Below, one piece after another: positions 15,987-20,802 of a stretch of DNA of 20,802 nt. Under the pieces are notes generated by a model that saw nothing but the letters and a program-made list of their open reading frames with translations, did no database searches and was not told the origin of the DNA. The position numbers were made by a program, and so were the translations under genes. The number at the start of each line of letters is the position of its first letter. Positions within the stretch are counted from its first letter, which is position 1. Source of the stretch: a bacterium (GTDB lineage Bacteria > Zhuqueibacterota > Zhuqueibacteria > Oceanimicrobiales > Oceanimicrobiaceae); NCBI GenBank assembly GCA_037446635.1, contig JBBIIG010000066.1, forward strand, positions 1-20,802, read 5' to 3'.

Positions 15987-17207
15987 TTACCGCCGCCGGG
16001 TCGCTGCGCCGCTCGGCGCCCGGCCGTTGGCGCTGTTAGCGGTTTTGAGCTGACGCAGTTTGCGCATGAATTCCAACCGCTTCTGCTCGATGAGATTTCT
16101 TTGTCCCTGGCGCATGGCCACGCGCTCGGCAATCGTCGGCACCACGGAGGCCTGCAAAATGATGATCAACTCCTTTTTCTTGGCCTGCTTGAAGTTGTAT
16201 CCAAACAGGTAGCGCAGCCCGAAAAACCACGGCGGCAAATCTTTCAAAACCGGGATGCCGCGGCGGCCCTCGACCATTTCGTTCGAGAACAGGCCAGCGA
16301 TCACGGTTTCTTCGCCGTTCAGCAGCAGCACTTGGGTGCGGCTTTCGGTGATGTTTTTGGTGGTATTCACAGCGTCCGGAAAGACCGTGCTGCGTTCGGC
16401 CAAAATATCTAAATGAACAAACAGCGAGTCGCCAGCGCCAATCACCTGCGGCGTGACCGTCAGGATGACCCCGGCCTCGTATTCGGTGAATCGCAAGTTG
16501 CCGGCGAAATCCTGGGTGGTGAGAAAAAAGTTGGTGCCGACTTTAATTTTTCCTTCCTGGCCGTCCAAGACTTTGATTTGCGGATTGGCGAGCACCTCGC
16601 CTTTGTCCATGGTTTCGAAAGTTCGCAGCAGACCGAAGATGTCCCACATGCGGAAGCGATCGTTGATGCGCACCGAAAATAGATCGCGCGTCACCTGGCT
16701 GCCGAAATTTCCTAACACTCTTACCCGCCCATTATCGATGCGCCAATCGACGCCGGCCTCGAGCAGCGTGCCGTAATCGGCGTCGAAGAACACGGCGTTG
16801 ATTTCGACTTCCCTGCTGCCGGTGGTGATGAGCTCGGCGGGGCTGCTGCTCTCCGAAGATTTGGTGAGCGGCACCACCTCGTAATATTTTTCACGCTCCT
16901 CGAATTTCATGAGATTGGAACGCAGAATGTATTCCAGCGCCCGCCGCCAGTGCATGTTGTTGACCATGACGTTGATGTTGCCCTTGGCCACGCCCGCCGG
17001 ATCGATAATGAGCTTGTTTTCGTGCCGCATGCTGTATTGGCTTAAAATATCAAGCGCTGTTTTCATGGACAAGCTGCGATCGAGACTGATCAACTCATCT
17101 GGTTTAACCTCGCGCGGATAGTCTTCCTGGCCAAACGATTCGCGTCCTATGCCCATGAAACATGCCACAGTCCAAAAAATTGCAAATGCTTTCAATTGGT
17201 ACGTCAT
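15987..17207 (-). CDS. Short secretin (PilQ/GspD superfamily)
   Basis: Signal peptide; N0/STN-like domain (NINVMVNNMHWRRALEYIL); secretin core (EVEINAVFFD, VLANPQIKVLDGQEGKIKVG, AGVILTVTPQV, NGEETVIAGL, GIPVLKDLP..LRYLFG, KKELIIILQA); AAGGA upstream. Confidence 0.92.
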   Translation of the reverse strand: MTYQLKAFAIFWTVACFMGIGRESFGQEDYPREVKPDELISLDRSLSMKTALDILSQYSMRHENKLIIDPAGVAKGNINVMVNNMHWRRALEYILRSNLMKFEEREKYYEVVPLTKSSESSSPAELITTGSREVEINAVFFDADYGTLLEAGVDWRIDNGRVRVLGNFGSQVTRDLFSVRINDRFRMWDIFGLLRTFETMDKGEVLANPQIKVLDGQEGKIKVGTNFFLTTQDFAGNLRFTEYEAGVILTVTPQVIGAGDSLFVHLDILAERSTVFPDAVNTTKNITESRTQVLLLNGEETVIAGLFSNEMVEGRRGIPVLKDLPPWFFGLRYLFGYNFKQAKKKELIIILQASVVPTIAERVAMRQGQRNLIEQKRLEFMRKLRQLKTANSANGRAPSGAATRRR

Positions 17208-17218
17208 TGAATTTTCCT

Positions 17219-18121
17219 TTATTTGCTCTCATCGATTCTGAGAGTGATTCTCTGGCTGACTCCGAATTTGGTGATGATGAATTCTGCCTCGTTGCGATCC
17301 TGATTGATGCTCACCAAACGCCCCAAATAGACCGGCTCGCCGATTTTGAGCTGCACCGGCGGCCCGCCGGCTTCGGAAATGAAGATCGAGTTGCTGGCCA
17401 CCGCTTTCAACGTGGCGCGCTCGACATCGATTTGGCCGGGGAGTTTTGCCGGCAGCTTCGGCGCTTCCGGCTTCGGCGCCGCCACGACCACCGGCCGCGG
17501 CTTCACCAACGGCTCAAAGAAATTTCGCGTAAACCCATAATTGTAGTTGCGGGTGGGCCGCAGCGAAGTAAAATCGTCCAAAATTTCCGTTTGGCTGTCC
17601 ACGGTGTAACCTTCAAGTGTCATAACAAATTTAAGATAGTTGTTATCCGCCGAACTTGGCGACAAAGTCAGCGAATTTATTTTGTACAGAATCGGTTCGT
17701 AGGTCAAATGCCAAATCATTTTGTAGATGTCGGCGTACGGGCCTTCGCCGGTGAGGCTGTAGGTGAAAAGCGTATGATCGCCGCTTTTTTTCTTGTTGTT
17801 GAGCACGAAGTCGAAATCGATGGCCAAATTGTTGGACGACATGATCCAGTTGAGGTACGACAGCGTGAACGACGGCTCATCGGCGGAGATGATCATTTTC
17901 GGCGCCTCCTGCCATTTGCGCCGCATCTGTTCGTGAACGGTTTCCACTTGCGTCAGCCGTTTGATCTCTTCCTGTGATTTGGACAACAGCTCCCGTAGGG
18001 TCTTTTCTTCGCCGGCGGCTTTCACCAGGTTGCGGGCATCTTTGACGTACCAAAAAATGCCGACGACCAGCAGCACCATCCAGAAGCCGAAAAGCGTAAG
18101 ACTGTTTCGTTTCGCAAACAT
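17219..18121 (-). CDS. PilO-like protein with C-terminal PilP-like beta domain
   Basis: N-terminal TM and coiled coil; PilO/GspM pattern YSLTGEGPYADIYKMIWHL...KINSLTL; then RNFFEP, a Pro-rich linker and LKAV..SIFI..G...LKIGE...GRLVSI (PilP/GspC-HR-like). Confidence 0.75.
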   Translation of the reverse strand: MFAKRNSLTLFGFWMVLLVVGIFWYVKDARNLVKAAGEEKTLRELLSKSQEEIKRLTQVETVHEQMRRKWQEAPKMIISADEPSFTLSYLNWIMSSNNLAIDFDFVLNNKKKSGDHTLFTYSLTGEGPYADIYKMIWHLTYEPILYKINSLTLSPSSADNNYLKFVMTLEGYTVDSQTEILDDFTSLRPTRNYNYGFTRNFFEPLVKPRPVVVAAPKPEAPKLPAKLPGQIDVERATLKAVASNSIFISEAGGPPVQLKIGEPVYLGRLVSINQDRNEAEFIITKFGVSQRITLRIDESK

Positions 18122-18140
18122 GATTTTTATCTCGCTTTAA

Positions 18141-18295
18141 GGGGCTGTCCAAAAAAAGGGTGAAAAATGTCATTGCCTGCCTGCTGCAGGCAGGCGAAGC
18201 GCTCTTTGCCGAAGCAGTCCCACGTTGAAAAGCGGCAGATCGCTTCGCAAAAAGCGCTCGCGATGACAGAATTTTGCTGCCTTTTGGACAGCCCC
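18141..18295. mobile_element. 155-bp MITE/REPIN-like nested palindromic element
   Basis: Perfect 14-bp terminal inverted repeats GGGGCTGTCCAAAA (18141-18154) / TTTTGGACAGCCCC (18282-18295); inner long imperfect inverted repeat 18168-18268; innermost palindrome 18175-18195. Confidence 0.75.
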
Positions 18296-18311
18296 GGGGT
18301 TAAGTTTCCTT

Positions 18312-20162
18312 TTACCGGCTTAACCGCACCACTTTGTTGGGTTCGCCACCAGCGGCCGGCAGCGCGCCGGCCAGCCGGTTGGCTTCCTGCTCGTTTTCAT
18401 ACGATCCCACAATCACCGCAAACTGCTTGGCATTGAGCGGCGACACTTTTACCGCGTAGCCTTTTTGAAAATATTTTTGCGCCTCGCGATCGGCTGCAGC
18501 CTGCGTTCCAAAGACGCCCACCTGCACGCCGTAGAGCGCCCGCGTGTGAGCGCCGTTGCCGTTGGAGCCATTGCCCGCCAGCAGCGACTGAATGCTCACA
18601 CCCTTAGATTTTTCCGTGGTATCGATGGTCTTTTCCAATTGAAATTCAAAAACCCGGGTGTCGTGCAAATCCGAGCGCGTAACTTTTTTTAAATTTGCGC
18701 CGCCTAACGCGCTGGCCAAGATCGGGATGCGCTCGCGCTCGCGCGCTATGCCGGTGATGGTTACCACGTTGCCCTGTTTGCGGAAGTCGGTCAGCCACAT
18801 TCCTCCGCTGCTGGCGATGGCTTGATTGAGCAAATTCAAGAACTCGATGGTCTCGTCGAAGCCCTTACTGTAGTTATCCACCAGACTGAGCTTTTTTTCG
18901 AGATCGACGATTTGGTTGTCGAATGATTGGATGCGCTCGGTCAGCGACTTGTTGTTTTCGATTTGAGCCTTCATCGTCGCGATCTTGCGTTTGACGTGCC
19001 GCAAGTCGAGATTTTTTGAAACCAGCACCATCGTGAAGCCAAACGCCGTCAGCCCCAACAGCGCCAGCAGCAAGTAACCGTGCAGCGCCAGCTTGGGCAT
19101 TTTGTGGCGCTCCAACAAATATTCCGGCAGCAAGTTGCTTTTGGATTTGACGACGTTTTTCTGCAGCGCTTTCCACGCCAGCGCAATGGCGATGGCGTAG
19201 CGCGAAAACAGCAGCCCGCGATCCTTGAAACGCAGGTTGGATTGGATTTTCCGCGAGTTGAGATAGCCGGTGATGGCGTACGGAAATTTCTGACGAAAAT
19301 AGTATTTCGCCTTCAATTTCGACGAATGCCCGGCCACCAAAATTTTGTTGATCTCAGGAATGAAATAATGATCCTGCGCGAAAATGATGCGGCTGTAAAT
19401 TACTTCCAGAACGTCTTTGGACATGCTGCCTTTGTGGATGATGGGCGTGATGTGATAAATGTTTTTGCCTTTGAGAAAAATCACCCGCGAGAAATCCTGC
19501 TCCACGTAAACGATGGCGGTGATTTCGTCCTTCTTGAATTTGTAAATCTCCCGCACCAAATCCACCAACGCCAGCTCGTTGGTGTCCATCAACACCAGGC
19601 TCATGTTGCCGGCGCGAAATTGGTTGACCTCCTCCACCAGCTCGATGATGGGAGGGTGGTGCTCGTAATCGATCTGCAAAATCTTGCCGTCGCTCACCTC
19701 GAGATAGTTGCTGCGGCGGGCGCCGTCATCGTCGTCTTTGCCCCAGATGTTGATGCGTTCTTTGATTTTCTTTTTGAGATTTTTATCCTGGGCAACCGCG
19801 GCCCCGTCTAAAAAATCGTATTTGACCGTCAGCACCGGCGTGTTCACCGCCACTGAGGTTTTGAGATGCTGGAAGCGATCGACCAGGGAATAGATCAATC
19901 CGATGTTGTTGTCTTTCGGCGATTTTTCCGACGAGACCGTTTGTTCTTCATCGTGCAGCTTGGGCTCGGGGATGTCGAAAGCCTTTTCGAGATCGTTCAA
20001 CGACTCGTGCTTGCTTTCCGGCTGTTGAATGTTTTCCAGCGGCGTGTCTAACTTGGTGGACTCCAGCGCTTCGATGCAGGATTTCCCCCGAACAAGACTC
20101 AAAAACGCGGCGCGAATTTCGTTGCCGTTAACGGCCAGTCCAATGGCGTATTTGGTTTTCAT
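18312..20162 (-). CDS. PilM-PilN fusion with C-terminal SPOR domain
   Basis: PilM-like actin-fold landmarks (AIGLAVNG, AIVYVE, KILVAGH, YAIAIALAWKAL); PilN NLLP motif at 19125-19136; TM, coiled coil, MWLTDF...VTITGIA; SPOR pattern YGVQVGVF...AVIVGSYENEQEA. Confidence 0.8.
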   Translation of the reverse strand: MKTKYAIGLAVNGNEIRAAFLSLVRGKSCIEALESTKLDTPLENIQQPESKHESLNDLEKAFDIPEPKLHDEEQTVSSEKSPKDNNIGLIYSLVDRFQHLKTSVAVNTPVLTVKYDFLDGAAVAQDKNLKKKIKERINIWGKDDDDGARRSNYLEVSDGKILQIDYEHHPPIIELVEEVNQFRAGNMSLVLMDTNELALVDLVREIYKFKKDEITAIVYVEQDFSRVIFLKGKNIYHITPIIHKGSMSKDVLEVIYSRIIFAQDHYFIPEINKILVAGHSSKLKAKYYFRQKFPYAITGYLNSRKIQSNLRFKDRGLLFSRYAIAIALAWKALQKNVVKSKSNLLPEYLLERHKMPKLALHGYLLLALLGLTAFGFTMVLVSKNLDLRHVKRKIATMKAQIENNKSLTERIQSFDNQIVDLEKKLSLVDNYSKGFDETIEFLNLLNQAIASSGGMWLTDFRKQGNVVTITGIARERERIPILASALGGANLKKVTRSDLHDTRVFEFQLEKTIDTTEKSKGVSIQSLLAGNGSNGNGAHTRALYGVQVGVFGTQAAADREAQKYFQKGYAVKVSPLNAKQFAVIVGSYENEQEANRLAGALPAAGGEPNKVVRLSR

Positions 20163-20176
20163 TCCGATGTTGCAGC

Positions 20177-20802
20177 TCAGTAGTTGTATTTAACCAGTTC
20201 TTCAAATCGTTTTTTGTTATTGGCGTTGATATAGGCTTCGAAATAGGAGATGACGTTTTGCGAATACAAGCGCGCCAAATCCTGCTCCATAGTATTCATG
20301 CCTTGATCGCCAGACTGTTGGATGATCTGATAAATTTCGTTGGTGTTGTTGTTGCGAATCGCGGTGCGCACCGACGGGTTGGAGATCAGTACTTCTTTGG
20401 CCAGCACGCGTTTGCCGTCGGTGCTGGGAATTAATTTTTGTGAAATGACGCAGCTCAGCACGTCCGCCAGCCGCGAACGAATGCGATTTTGCTCGTTGGG
20501 GGGAATCTCCCCCAAAATGCGGTCGATGCTCTCCACCGCCGACGAGGTGTGCAGGGTCGAAAAAACTTTGTGGCCGCTGTCCACCACTTCCAACACCGTG
20601 AGGATGGTGTCGGCGTCGCGCATCTCGCCGATGATGATGATATCCGGGTCCTGCCGTAGCGCTTGAATGGTGCCCTCTTTGAAAGAATGGACGTCGCGGC
20701 CCACTTCGCGATGTTTGACGATCGATTTGATCGGCCTGTGAACGTACTCAATGGGGTCGGCGATGGTGACGATGGGCGGCTCCGTGGGGCGGTTGTTGGC
20801 GG
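20177..20802 (-). CDS. pilT: PilT/PilU-family type IV pilus ATPase (5' part outside the window)
   Basis: Frame stays open to the window end: IVTIADPIEYVH..KSIVKHREVGRDVHSF..ALRQDPDIIIIGEMRD (Walker B), GHKVFSTLHT (His box), ISQKLIP, GMNTMEQDL. Confidence 0.9.
   Translation of the reverse strand, partial: ANNRPTEPPIVTIADPIEYVHRPIKSIVKHREVGRDVHSFKEGTIQALRQDPDIIIIGEMRDADTILTVLEVVDSGHKVFSTLHTSSAVESIDRILGEIPPNEQNRIRSRLADVLSCVISQKLIPSTDGKRVLAKEVLISNPSVRTAIRNNNTNEIYQIIQQSGDQGMNTMEQDLARLYSQNVISYFEAYINANNKKRFEELVKYNY

Noticed and set aside
18122..18311. tRNA, CRISPR array or the small ORF 18167-18436
   Set aside because: No cloverleaf and no direct repeat-spacer periodicity; the ORF reads through palindromes and is antisense to the SPOR region.
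12345..19811. Plus-strand ORFs such as 12345-13448, 17162-17977 and 19080-19811
   Set aside because: Antisense to well-supported genes and lacking any domain signature.
20177..20704. 175-aa ORF starting at 20704 as a complete gene
   Set aside because: The GTG is an internal Val of REVG; the frame stays open to the window edge.

Overview
Bacterial chromosomal window from a diderm (it encodes a secretin); the gene set resembles FCB-related lineages such as KSB1, Calditrichota or Ignavibacteriota, but that is only an impression. Left end: a decayed Rhs-core fragment, a DUF3467 gene, two back-to-back sigma70-type promoters, two AT-rich hypothetical genes and polA (3'-5' exonuclease acidic residues substituted). 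The remaining ~16.4 kb (4340 to beyond 20802) is one tightly packed minus-strand cluster. Its first part is a compacted type IV pilus/T2SS-like machine: partial PilT-family ATPase, PilM-PilN-SPOR fusion, PilO-PilP fusion, short secretin, and three minor-pilin-like proteins with no evident prepilin leader. Directly downstream is a four-gene Ser/Thr phospho-signalling module: a non-RD membrane kinase with PEGA domains, an FHA-FHA-TM-FG-GAP propeller-TM protein, a TPR-TM-TPR protein and a TPR-pseudocyclase-pseudokinase protein. This pilus plus phospho-signalling operon is the best candidate for an undescribed system. Its two larger spacers hold nested REP/MITE-like palindromic elements. All domain calls are by-eye motif recognition; no database search was run.
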